Source: a virus (taxonomy: Duplodnaviria; Caudoviricetes). From it: a stretch of 64,000 nt of DNA. How positions within the stretch are numbered: the stretch's first letter is position 1; the number at the start of each line of letters is the position of its first letter. Location of the stretch: positions 74,809-138,808 of IMG/VR virus record IMGVR_UViG_3300020120_000082; one strand, given 5' to 3'. Positions 42,878 to 53,641 of this stretch are shown one piece after another. The translations under genes were made by a program, and so were the position numbers. The notes below the pieces were generated by a model. It was not told the origin of the DNA and searched no databases. It saw only the letters and a list, made by a program, of their open reading frames with translations.

Positions 42878-44703
42878 ATCTTTGCTCCTATTTTATGACA
42901 TAGCCGAAATTGTTCGAGATAGTCGTTCACATCTTTGTCCGGAAGTAGATTCCCAATCGCCCCAGGTTAATAACCAGAACACCCCAGTCTTTCAGCCAAA
43001 AATGCGACCAGTCAGCGTCCTTTTTCAGGTCGATAAGAGAAATGCGCCAGAAACGGAAGAAGAACGGATCAGGCCACATCGATATCGTTCTCCGGCCAGA
43101 TTTGTGGCGGATTGATCTCTTCGACTCTGTTGCGATCCATCTCGTCAAACCAGACTGGAGTAGCCCATTGGCAGAAATGGTACAGGGCAACGTCAATCAG
43201 GCCCAGATCGTCCGACTTGATCTTTTCTCGGACAGCATGCAAGACCTCGTCGACTCCGCACATGGCCGATGCCAGGGAAAGCGCAAACATTTGAGCCGCA
43301 AAGTGAAGATGTCGTCCTGGGCTGATTTCTTCCAATTCTTCGTCCATAATAATCTCCTTGTTAAATGCCTATAACCCAGCCATTTCTGGCTGGGCATAGG
43401 ATACAGCGGGTTTATTTACGCTCTTCCGGCTCATGGCAATGCACGCAGTATTCCGAGTCTGGATCGTCGTAATGGCAAAGATTGTCAGGCGACTCTGGAC
43501 ACCACCAGCCCAGATAGTCGTGGCACCATTCGCAGTAAGCCGAATTGTTATCTTTATTGGCTTTGTGCTGTGGGCAATGCAGAGTCAGCGTGCTGGGTAC
43601 GCTGGCCAGTTCACCCACGACGAAATAGTCATCAATGCGGCTGATGTAGTCCAGCACGTATGGCGGCGAGTCTGGCAGGGCTGGATGGCGGAAAACAAAC
43701 CCGCTCTGGTGATGCAGGTGCATCAGCCAGCCACCGCCTATCTTGATGGGCTGATTTCTAGAATTCATCTTCGTTCTCCGCTTCTTCGAATTCCACCGAA
43801 ACAACGTCCCATAATTGCTCCACGATCCTGGCATTCTTGGCCAGATCGCGCTTGCCAGTGGCATCAGCCGTTACGCGCAAGCTGAGCGCCTGGTCTTTGG
43901 TTTCGGGATGATATCCGAAACGCACCAGGTAAGCATAGGCATTGCTGAATGTCTGGCGCAGCTTGGTGATATCAAACCCATCTTCGTCTTGATCGCTCAT
44001 TTTAGCTCCTGATTGCGTGCATGTAGGGCGCGAGTTTCGGCATCACAGGCGTCATCGTAAGCCTTGGCCGCTTGTTGGCGCACCTCGAAAACAAACTCGA
44101 AATAGACGCGTGCGTTCTTCAGCGCCCAGATTGCGTTTTCGTACTCTTCGACTGGGATCAGGTATTCCTGATATTTTCGCTGAGATATCTTGAAATGCAC
44201 CTCTGCCTGATCGCATTGCAGAGACGCTTCTCTGACATTTGCGGATGCAATGCCGTACAACCGAAGCTTTTCGATCCGTTCGGATTTCAGGCGCTCGAAG
44301 TCATCATCGTTGCTCATATTCTCTCCGTTTTCCTAGTGGATCTCTTCGAATGCGAATTGGACTTCCGGCTGCTCTTCCTGGAGCCGAGCGCACAAAACGA
44401 TTGCGTCCAGAACGTTTTCAGCCATGGCAACCAGGATCTTGTAGCCACCCCACAGCAAATTCACAGCGAACATTTTCGGCTCCTTTCAGCAGGCGTGCCG
44501 TCCGAAGATCGTGTACAGCGTGAAGCACACGATGAAAACTATGATGATGTCGCCAATTATTGGATAAAGCGGCTTGGCGTTGGTATTGAACGTCATGCCT
44601 GGCCTTTGCCCAAGAATTGCAGCTTTGGCGGTTTCCGTCAGATACCAGTAGTACGCGAATGTGAGCATCGTTTCTCCTTTTGGGAATATGAATTCGCCTG
44701 TCT

Positions 44704-44740
44704 CTTAAACGCAAATGCCCCAGGCTAATTAGCCTGGGGC
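44704..44740 (-). terminator. Perfect 24-bp palindrome + ATTTGCGTTTAAG tail
   Basis: GCCCCAGGCTAATTAGCCTGGGGC, intergenic. Confidence 0.65.
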
Positions 44741-46812
44741 TGGTATTCAATCTGCGTTTACCACTCGTCGGGTTCGTAGTTTTCTGGCGGATCGGCTGGG
44801 ATCTTGTCCAGCAGTTCGAATGCATCGCCCGTATCCGTCAGGCAGATGCAGGCCGGGAGAACCACGGTGCGGCCATCTTCCAGTTCCATGAATTGGGGCA
44901 GAACTTCTGGGAACATGATTACTCCTTGGGCTGCAAGACGCGCAGGCGCTTGTTCTTCTCGCTGGCCTGGGCAGGCTCAATCTTCGGGAAAATGAACCGG
45001 CTTTGTAGGGAGTCAATGATAGCCGAAACGAATGCAACGGCCACCAAAGCACCAGCGCCAATAAAAGAAACCTTGACAACGTTGATGATTAGATCTGGTG
45101 CGTTCATTTTGACTCCTCGTTGCTGAATATGGCCTGAATTTGAGAGGCGCGGACGGATTCGAGGACGTATGGCTGGTTATCCATTTCGATCCCATAAGCC
45201 GGTTCATTGGGGTTAATCCATGATCCGGTTATTTGGCGAAATGTTCCCAACACTGATCCGCCAATCGTTCTGGGTCGGAATAAAATTACGCGCCATCCGG
45301 GACGAATGCGATCCATCGAAGAGAGTTCCATTGCTAGTCCTCCACTGGGTAAAATTCGAACATGGATCCGGGGAAATGCTGCTGTATGAAAGCGTGTTCG
45401 TCGTCGCTTATGACGCCTGTCATCCTGCCCCATTCGACAATATCATTGCGGCTGTACCGATAGGGGAAATCTTCCAGAAGAAACAGATCGGCCACTGCCA
45501 GGAACATGCGCTCAGCGATTGTTTCTTTAGATTCGGGCTCATCACTCATTGATTTCTCCGGTGAACATGCCGCTGCCAAACACGGTCAGGATGGCAAATA
45601 GCACCACAACGCCGATGAAGATCAGGATTCCGACCGGGCTCATGTTTTTGTCTCCTAAAAATGTGAAATAGGTGATTTTTATATGCACGAGTAATTCAGA
45701 CCATATTCAGATCGCGTCTGAATAATCCAAAATACTCTTGCCCTTAACTGCAAAAAGGCCTGGTTTTTAGGCCAGGCCTTTTCCAAACAGCCGTTTGGGG
45801 CAGGTGCGCTGAAATTAATCCAGGCGCAGGTTGTCGATTTCAGCAATAATTTTGCGCGGATCCAGGCGTTCCAGCCAGCCGCTTTCCAGGCGAACGTACA
45901 ATCCCCAGGGTTGATCGTCATTGTCGTTGATTTCGATTGGCACTGGAAAATTCGGAATGGGCCGCGCCTTCAGATCGGCCACAAGCTCCGGATACCACTT
46001 CTCAAACCAGTTTGGCATCTGGTAATAGTGCTCATTCCAGGCTTCGCCGCTGGCATTGACCATTACGATTTGACTATCGGAGTAGAAAACAGCCCGAAGA
46101 CGATTCAATTCAGGGTAGGTTCGATTATCCAAAGATACGACCATTTGATCTTTCATTGGCATCTCCTTTTAGCGGCCCAGCTTGGCTTGGACAGCGCGAT
46201 TGAACGCCAGGATGTCTTCCTGGTAGGTGGTATCCGGATCGTACCATTCGATGGATGCACCCAGGCATTCTTCGATGATTGGCTTGATGCTGAAGCCGAT
46301 GTCGTATTTCGATTCCCAGTCCAGTTCCTGGTCATCGATGGTCTTCTGTAATTCAGCGGCCAGGAACTTGAAGCGTGCCGTTCGACTCTGGTCGGTGGAC
46401 GTGATCTTGTAGAAGACGCGATTTAGTGGTTCCAGGATGACAACCGACTCATTGGACTGGAAAACCAGTTCGTCGGTCGAATTGGTTTCGACCGACTCGG
46501 TTTCCCAGATGCCAGTTACCTGGCCAGCGTGGATGCGTTGCACTTGCAGGCTCATGTTTTTCTCCTAGTTGAAATAGCCATCCAAGCGCAGCAGCAGATT
46601 GACCAAGAATGTCTGCCGCTTGCCGAACGGCATGAAATCTGCCAGTTCGTAGCCATGCTCCGCGGCGATTTCATATTGCAGATCGGCTACGTCCAGCCAT
46701 TGCAGCATGAATTCATGCGCGTTTATTTCCTGGCCAGAATTGAAACTAACGCAGCGAACTTGTTCGACTTCCAGTTCAGCGAGCATAGTTATACTCCTAT
46801 GTGCTTCTGTCA

Positions 46813-46849
46813 CTTAAACGCAAAAGAGCCAGGGAAATCCCTGGCTCTT
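46813..46849 (-). terminator. Hairpin + TTGCGTTTAAG tail
   Basis: AAGAGCCAGGGA / TCCCTGGCTCTT. Confidence 0.65.
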
Positions 46850-47551
46850 GGTGTCTTGCGCTTATTCAGTTTTCAGTCCTGGAATTACTTCAGGTTCACG
46901 TAGAAGCCCAGCAGGTTGTACTGGTGGACCAGCAGCGGGAAGACCTGATCATTGGCCTTGAAGAGCATGACGCCACCCTTCTTGTACAGGGCATGCCCGC
47001 CGTCCTGGCTCCAGAACGTCACGGCTGGCCGAATGGCCTTGCCACCGGGGATGTGGGCGCGGAATTCAACAGCCTTCGGCGTATCGGTCACAACCACTTC
47101 AGCTTCAGCGATTTGCATGTCCATTTCGACTCCTTTGAATTGGGCCAGGATTGGCCAAAATCCCATGCCGCATCTCGAATGCGGATGGCCTGCCCGTCAG
47201 GCGCATGGGGAATGCTATTAAGTTAGCCCACATTGAAGTGGATCCAAACAAGCAAGAGATTAGCTCTGATGTAGAAACACCTTTTCCCAGGCAGGGATGT
47301 TAATCCGCCCTTGACATTGATCGATCTTTGCTTTGAGCGATAGACGGAAAGCAGAATGGTCATCTTATCCGAATCGCTCTTGTTCGCGTGAATCCCAGTA
47401 GTCCATCATTTCCTTGGCCGTGGTCACGCAATCCGACTCGGTTTCATGCCAGCCGAAATTGCTTGATCCGTCTATGTGCCAGAAAATCATGCACCACATT
47501 CCGCGCTCTTCGTCGAAAAACCAGGCAGCACTCATATGTTTTCTCCTTTGG

Positions 47552-47590
47552 CTTGAATGCAAAATGGGCTACCTCCGGCAGGTAGCCCAT
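47552..47590 (-). terminator. Hairpin + TTTGCATTCAAG tail
   Basis: ATGGGCTACCT / AGGTAGCCCAT. Confidence 0.6.
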
Positions 47591-48267
47591 AGCCCAGATG
47601 AATTCTCCGGCTGGGATGGCGAGACTAGGCCAGCTTGTCGAAAACCTGGCTGAGCGTGGAAATGGTGCGCGACTGGATGTAATCCACCCAGCCGTCATCC
47701 ATGCAGATGGGGTAATACGTTTCGCCATCGGGCATGGTCCAGGGCTTGGGAATGAAACACACCTGGGGCAGCGACTCGCCCATCCAGCGGTCCAGGTACA
47801 GCTTCCAATAGTCGTTATCGTACCAGTCGATCAGCTTTTCCAGAGTCAGCGGCATGCGGCCCGAGATGGCATGGCCGGAAAAGCGAAACGGTTCCGGGTC
47901 CGGGATTTGCTGGCGATAGCACTCCATGGAGCGATTCCAGTCTTCCTGGTACACCTGATTAGCGTGGTCGATCAACGCCTGCACCTGTCCCCGATTGAGC
48001 AGGATTTCCCCATGCGCGAGCAAAATCTGAGCCATTGCAAATTCTCCTTGTCTAAGCGGACTCGATCTCGGTCCAGTCCCCAATCTGGAAGTCGATGCTG
48101 GGAATGATGCGCTCAACCAGATGCCCATTGCGATACAGGCCGATTTCGCCATTGGTCCTGGCGCTGGCTTTTTCAGCTTCCCAGGTCTTGATGACATCGG
48201 GAATGGCCTGGGTATACGGATGATTGTTGCGGACTTGCTTGATGATGACCATAATGAGTCTCCTTTG

Positions 48268-48302
48268 CTTAAATGCCAATAGGGCGCTCAATTGAGCGCC
48301 CT
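48268..48302 (-). terminator. Perfect 22-bp palindrome + ATTGGCATTTAAG tail
   Basis: AGGGCGCTCAATTGAGCGCCCT. Confidence 0.6.
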
Positions 48303-48627
48303 TGGGAATTGCTTTCGATTGCGGGAATTACAGCCAGGCGATGGCGTGTGCGGAGATGAACGCGATGAATTTGTGCTGGCTGTCGGAAAGATCATCGAAC
48401 GTGCCGATGTCCAGCAGATGGCGGAGATTGAGGCTGAGAAACAGACGTGCTTGGCGCAGCAGGGATTGCATCTCCTGTTCGCAGGTAGGCGGCATCTCGA
48501 TTTCCATTTCGGTTTTCCTTTCTGGGAATAGTCGCCGGTTATGTTATGCAACCAGGCGGGAGTCTGTTGCTTAAATGCCAATAGGGAGGCGGATTCCGTC
48601 TCCCTGAATTGGCTTGCCCAGCGGGAA

Positions 48628-49143
48628 TTATTCCCGCCCGCTGCCGATGTTCTTTAGCAGTTCCTTATTGAATGCATCCGTGATTTCGGCAGTTACTTTG
48701 AGGTGGATCATCTCAACGCCACCGGTATTCGACTCGTGCTTGTGGCGAATTGGCGCATCCTTAGAATCGTCCAGAAATATATCCCGCCCGGTGATAAACG
48801 TCATAATCTCTTGGGCTTGTGCTTTCTGATTTTGCAGCAAAAGATTCCCTGCGCGGATTCCCTGGATTGACTCATGCGAGCGAGCGTCCAGTTTTACATG
48901 CCGGTCAATAAATCGGGCCATAGTCCTATAGCCCAATTGGCGCAGCTTGGGAATCAGAATATCCGCCTGTCGGCGGAATTCCTTTCGGATTTCTTTATCT
49001 GTCGTGATACGCCTCACTTGCTTTTCTGGCGTATCGCGATACCGAGTCACCGGGGCTTGATGCTTGGATTTTAGGGTGATACGCCTATCATCCATTGAAT
49101 TGCCTTTCATGCCGGGAATTCTAATTTCGTCGTCGAATTGCAT
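48628..49143 (-). CDS. Hypothetical basic early protein
   Basis: 171 aa, GGGAGG SD. Confidence 0.7.
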   Translation of the reverse strand: MQFDDEIRIPGMKGNSMDDRRITLKSKHQAPVTRYRDTPEKQVRRITTDKEIRKEFRRQADILIPKLRQLGYRTMARFIDRHVKLDARSHESIQGIRAGNLLLQNQKAQAQEIMTFITGRDIFLDDSKDAPIRHKHESNTGGVEMIHLKVTAEITDAFNKELLKNIGSGRE

Positions 49144-49169
49144 TTTTCGCCTCCCAATGATAAGCGGGG

Positions 49170-49210
49170 CTTAAAATAAAATGAGCCCCGCTTGCCTCAG
49201 CGGGGCTCAT
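49170..49210 (-). terminator. Intrinsic terminator
   Basis: 12-bp IR ATGAGCCCCGCT / AGCGGGGCTCAT with minus-strand T-rich tail. Confidence 0.7.
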
Positions 49211-49321
49211 TATGTGCGGTTCGCAGCGCGGTATTATGTGCGGGCTCAGCCCCGCTCAGGCTGAGCCCGATTCGGCTGAGCCTCAGCCCGTATCATGCGC
49301 GGGGCTCAGGCTCAGCCGAAC

Positions 49322-49377
49322 CTTAAACAAAATGAGCCCCGCTCAGCCCGTGTTATGCGGGGCTGAGCGGGGCTCAG
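49322..49377 (-). terminator. Intrinsic terminator after ORF 49398
   Basis: GAGCCCCGCTCAGCCC / GGGCTGAGCGGGGCTC with TTTTGTTT tail on the minus strand. Confidence 0.7.
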
Positions 49378-49397
49378 GGTATTACAGGCTCAGACTG

Positions 49398-50057
49398 TTA
49401 GACGTTCGCGGGCTCAGTCTCAGCCCCGACAGACTCAACCTGTGCGGGCTCAGTCTCAGCGGGCTTGCCACTATTGGCCCAAGCCTCAGCCTCTGGACTC
49501 AGCCCATAGCGGTTCGGCCCAGTATCGCGTGTAGTGAATTCAGCCTCAGCCGAACCGAACCGCGCAACGAACCGCAACCCGCCAATTTCGCCATTGAGGG
49601 CATATGCCCATTTTTCACCCTCAATGGCCCGCTGAAAATTACCGCTCTTGGCGGTATTTTCCGGGATTCGCCATTGATTCGGCCCGTACCTCAGGCTCAG
49701 GGTGACGGTATAGTCTGAGCCCAAAAGGGACGCCTCAGCCTCAGACAAGCTCAGAGTCTCAGCCTTTCCTCGGCTCAGGGTGAAAACCTCAGCCGAACGG
49801 CGTGCCTTGTTTTTCGGGGCCATGAAGCGAACCGAACCGCGAGTCTTGAGACCGGTCTCAGCGGGCCATTTGAGCCCCGCCCCGAACGACAAGAGCCCCG
49901 AACCATCGCGCATATCATCCCGGCCCGTAAACGTCAAGGTTTTTACAACCTTGATGCTAGGGCTCTTGAGGGTGACGAGAACCTCAAGGGGTTGACTATT
50001 GCTCAGGGTGACGGGCTTTTCATCCTTTCCCAACAAAACGAAAACATTTGTGGCCAT
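49398..50057 (-). CDS. Hypothetical protein, first gene of the leftward block, embedded in the motif-rich zone
   Basis: 219 aa from ATG 50057 with GGAAAGG SD; followed by a terminator; motifs read as Ala-Glu / Leu-Ser. Confidence 0.7.
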   Translation of the reverse strand: MATNVFVLLGKDEKPVTLSNSQPLEVLVTLKSPSIKVVKTLTFTGRDDMRDGSGLLSFGAGLKWPAETGLKTRGSVRFMAPKNKARRSAEVFTLSRGKAETLSLSEAEASLLGSDYTVTLSLRYGPNQWRIPENTAKSGNFQRAIEGEKWAYALNGEIGGLRFVARFGSAEAEFTTRDTGPNRYGLSPEAEAWANSGKPAETEPAQVESVGAETEPANV

Positions 50058-51171
50058 GCTAGAACCTTTCCGGGCCATATGGCCCTATAAGAACGGGGCT
50101 CAGCCCCGTTCGGCTTGTCCCCCTCAGGCTGAGCCCGAACCGTATAACCGGGCTCAGGCTCAGCCTGAGAACGACAAGCAAGCAAGAGAGTCAACCTATA
50201 CCGCCCCGCTCAGGGTGACGGTACCGCACTACGGCATATTCTCAGCCGAATTTTTCGGGCCAAAAAACGCGGTAAATAATGGCCCTAGTCTTTGCAAGGG
50301 GGAGGTGTAATAACCTCAGGCTCTTGTCAGGCTCAGCCCCAAGAGCGGGCCGAACCTGCGCGGGCCGTTATGCCCCATTCGCCTAGAACGTATCTAGGCG
50401 ATTCGCCATTTTGAGAAGAGCCCCAAAAACTGACTCAACCCTCAGGCTATGCAATAGGTTGTTTTTACCCTCAGCCGAACAAGCCTGAGGGGGATAGTGC
50501 GGGCTTGTCAGAGCCCGGCTGAGCTGTTCGGTTATGGGCCAATAGCCCCGCAAAAAACGCCTAAACGCGGCAACACGGCCCGAACCGCCACTAACACGGT
50601 TCAAGGGTTGCAACGTGCCTAAGCTGAGCGAGAGATAAGCGAACGACATAGCCCGCATTATGCGCGAGGGCTCAGAACCGTTCTAACTTTGTAACATTCT
50701 ACGGTTATAACTAAGTTTGAGAGACTGGAAAATAGGCACTATCCGTAAACTTTTGACGCGTGATTGTAACGTTCATTACTAGACATAAGTGTACGGTTAT
50801 ACGCATTAAGCGGGCCATTTTGGAAAAACGCGGGGCGTGGCTCAGCCTGAGCGGGGCTTATACTACACTTGTTATAATAGCGTACACTTGTCAATATACC
50901 GCATAGGCGGGGCTCAGCGGGCCGTTATGGGGCGGGGCTGAGCCTGAGCCCATAGCCCGCCATTAACACGCATGGCGGTACCTCAGCGGGGCTCAGCGGG
51001 CTATTCTAGGGGCGGTTCTAAGGGGTGAAAATGAGCGGATTAGTCCCCCCCTCTTGTTAGCCGACGGAGTCGACATAACGCGGCCTGGGGCCGTGGTAGT
51101 CCCTAAAACAACTTGAGCCTCAAAATTCCCACGTTACATATTCTCCAGCATTTCGCCTGTAAAATAAGCGC

Positions 51172-51795
51172 ATGCGCATTCTGGATCTATTTTGTGGTGC
51201 TGGTGGCTCGGCCTGGGGATTACATCTGGGATTTCCGCTGGCAATAATCGTTGGCGTCGACAAATTCGAGCAGCCGCATTACCCATTCGAGTTTCACCAG
51301 GCGAATGCGATCGATTTTGACCTAAGTGGGTATGATTTCATCTGGTGTTCCCCACCCTGCCAGGCGTATTCACCATTGAAGAGCTTGGCCAGGAAAGATC
51401 ATCTGGCGCTGATCGACGTTATGCGGAGCAGGCTGGAAAAGCAGACGACTCCGTATTGCATTGAGAGCGTCTCGGGAGATCCGCTGCATTACCCGGTGGT
51501 TTTGTGCGGGATGATGTTTGGGCTGGGGACGTACCGGCACCGCTACTTCGAGACCAGCTTCAAAGTAGAACGCTTGAGCCATCCGGGGCATAAGCGACCG
51601 ACTCAGGTGCTGGGAAAGCCGCTCAAACCAGACGAGATGATGACCATCGTCGGTCACTTTTCCGGTGCCGCCCAAGCTCGCAAGGCTATGGGAATTGAGC
51701 ATTTCATGCCCCAATCCGCTCTTTCCCAGGCCATCCCCCCAGCCTATTCGAAGTACATCGCGGGCTTTATTCCAGTCAAAACCAATTCCAACTGA
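51172..51795 (+). CDS. DNA cytosine-5 methyltransferase (short phage type)
   Basis: LDLFCGAGG motif I, SPPCQ catalytic motif, C-terminal QAIPP. Confidence 0.85.
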   Translation: MRILDLFCGAGGSAWGLHLGFPLAIIVGVDKFEQPHYPFEFHQANAIDFDLSGYDFIWCSPPCQAYSPLKSLARKDHLALIDVMRSRLEKQTTPYCIESVSGDPLHYPVVLCGMMFGLGTYRHRYFETSFKVERLSHPGHKRPTQVLGKPLKPDEMMTIVGHFSGAAQARKAMGIEHFMPQSALSQAIPPAYSKYIAGFIPVKTNSN

Positions 51796-51838
51796 GACGG
51801 TTTTCCAAAAAATTATGAGGTGTTTCAAATTAGAACGT

Positions 51839-51888
51839 TGTCACAATTGACATCGCTGTTATTCTCGATTACACTGTCATTCGTGACA
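51839..51888 (+). promoter_or_regulatory. Promoter TTGACA-N17-TACACT with two TGTCA-N4-TGACA operators
   Basis: -35 at 51847-51852, -10 at 51870-51875; palindromes at 51839-51852 and 51875-51888. Confidence 0.7.
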
Positions 51889-52095
51889 ACAGTAAAGCGC
51901 AAGTTAGTAATAAAGCTGGTTGATCAAACCAAGAAAGCGGGTGTATCGTTCAGGCAGATTGAGCGAGACACCGGCATTGGCTTGTCGAACCTGAGCCGGA
52001 TCAGCCGTGGAAAGCAGCGACCCAGCTTTGAGACGATCCAGGCGCTCTGCAACTACTTCGAATGCACCCCCGGCGATCTACTGAAGATGGAATGA
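51883..52095 (+). CDS. XRE/Cro-family HTH transcriptional regulator
   Basis: SFRQIERDTGIGLSNLSRISRG...FETIQALCNYFECTPGDLL; likely leaderless GTG start. Confidence 0.85.
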   Translation: MTTVKRKLVIKLVDQTKKAGVSFRQIERDTGIGLSNLSRISRGKQRPSFETIQALCNYFECTPGDLLKME

Positions 52096-52566
52096 CATGA
52101 CGCCCATTGTGTTTTTGGTGGCGCTCTTTTTTCTGGCCTGGTCGGCAGGCATGGGAGCGCTGCTGTTTTTGCTGATCAGCAAGTTAGTCGGCTGGTTTGT
52201 GGGTGCTGGTCTGAAGACCAACCGTCTCAAGAAATGGGGCTAAGCTATGCCAGATCAAGCTTTGATTGATAGGACCAGGAAGTACATCCAGGACATGCAG
52301 GATAGATTCCCAGGTATCCGGTCCTGGTGCGCTTTTACCAGAATGGGCGAGCGTTATTCGCTCGGGATGCTCATCTACGACACGCAGGTTAGCCTGGATG
52401 GGCCAGCTTATGTCTTGGAAGTGGGCTCGAACGAACTGGGCAAAATCATGCTCATGCCAGATAGCCAGGAGTCCATGCAGTTGATGATGACAGGGGAACA
52501 GTACCGGGCCTATATTGACTCGGCGGGCAAGACGGTGCCACCCGGTTTCCAGGCGGTGGAATAGAC

Positions 52567-52824
52567 ATGACCATGTACTTTCGCAAGCCGGTGATTGTGG
52601 ATGCAGCCCAGTGGTTCCCGGAGGTTGGGGATGGGATCCAGGATGTTTATCCGACTCCCACTGGAAAGTACGCGATTATCCATCTGAAGAACGGTGGCCA
52701 GCGGGTGGTTGGGCCGGGTGATTGGTGTGTGCGTGAGCCGGATTTGAGCATAAGCGTCTACAGTTCAGAAGAGTTCCATGCCATGTACGAGGAAGTCTTT
52801 CCTGGATATAAGGGCAAGAAATGA
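52567..52824 (+). CDS. Conserved phage protein (RKPVxVxAxQW...PGDW family)
   Basis: FRKPVIVDAAQWF...PGDWCVRE...FHAMYE. Confidence 0.7.
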   Translation: MTMYFRKPVIVDAAQWFPEVGDGIQDVYPTPTGKYAIIHLKNGGQRVVGPGDWCVREPDLSISVYSSEEFHAMYEEVFPGYKGKK

Positions 52825-53051
52825 ACAGACGTCAATTCATTAAGTTTATTCTGGCAACGCCGCTCCTGGCAGTTAAATGGCCGGAAACGCACCACTCGGA
52901 TAAGTCAAATGAAGATGCTTTGACTTTCAACGGCATTGAGTGGGTTAGTAGCGATCAATATGACTTGGAAAGATTGCGAGCCGCTATTGCCGATGCGCAG
53001 AGCAAGCCCCTGGTCTGGCGCAATAACTTGAAAGTTCGGATACTACGGTAG
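52821..53051 (+). CDS. Small protein with twin-arginine-like N-terminus
   Basis: MNRRQFIKFILATPLLA. Confidence 0.5.
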   Translation: MNRRQFIKFILATPLLAVKWPETHHSDKSNEDALTFNGIEWVSSDQYDLERLRAAIADAQSKPLVWRNNLKVRILR

Positions 53052-53641
53052 TGGAAATTCACGAGAGTCCCTATCAGCCAACCGGCTGCGAGATGGTTGG
53101 ACCATTTCAGCACACAGAATATAAAGTCGTCGCAGACGGCTATGTTCTGCCCTACATGACCGCTTATCCACTGAATGCACAGAACACGGAGTGGGACATT
53201 CTGGTGGATGGGCGCTTTGCCTACCGTCTCCCGCAGGAAGTTCTGGATCAGGTGATCCCATTATTGGCGGACGTCATGGCGATCACCGCGGGCTACAAGT
53301 CACACGCCAATGCCTGCCAGCATCAACAGGACCGAAACAATCCATTCGGCACACGCATGCTGAGCCTGACGGCATTGGTAAATGATGAGCAGACAGATGA
53401 CCAGCCTGAATGACCAGATAAAGTTCGCTAAGTGCGCTTATAGGGCCTACGGTGAGACTACCGGCAACCGCAATTATCTGGGCCTACCTATGCCCGAGTG
53501 GGACGGATTGACGCCGACTATTCGCTCTGCTTGGATAGCCGCGGCCATGGAAGTTGTCAGTCATGTTCAGATCGTGGTCGAGCGCACTGACTTTACCACG
53601 AAAACTATTGATGTAATCTATGTCGATGGAGAATAGGCCAG

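Larger units (their letters stand above)
1..49143 (-). other. Leftward early/accessory gene array of a large phage (over 100 small abutting ORFs, mostly hypothetical)
   Basis: Near-continuous minus-strand ORFs of 40-310 aa with ATGA/TAATG overlaps and GGAG SD motifs; plus-strand ORFs here are mostly antisense shadows. Confidence 0.9.
49150..51050. repeat. CTCAG/CTGAG motif-saturated, palindromic-site-depleted region at the strand switch
   Basis: About 50 CTCAG/CTGAG by hand count, many GAGCCC/CGGGGC/CCGAAC words, several hairpins. Confidence 0.9.

Noticed and set aside
37632-49377. Integron attC cassette array
   Set aside because: No RYYYAAC/GTTRRRY box structure, stems are too short, and no integron integrase was seen.
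49150-51050. CRISPR array or tandem repeat
   Set aside because: No constant-length repeat/spacer period; motifs are 5-9 bp, irregular, in both orientations and partly inside an ORF; no cas genes.
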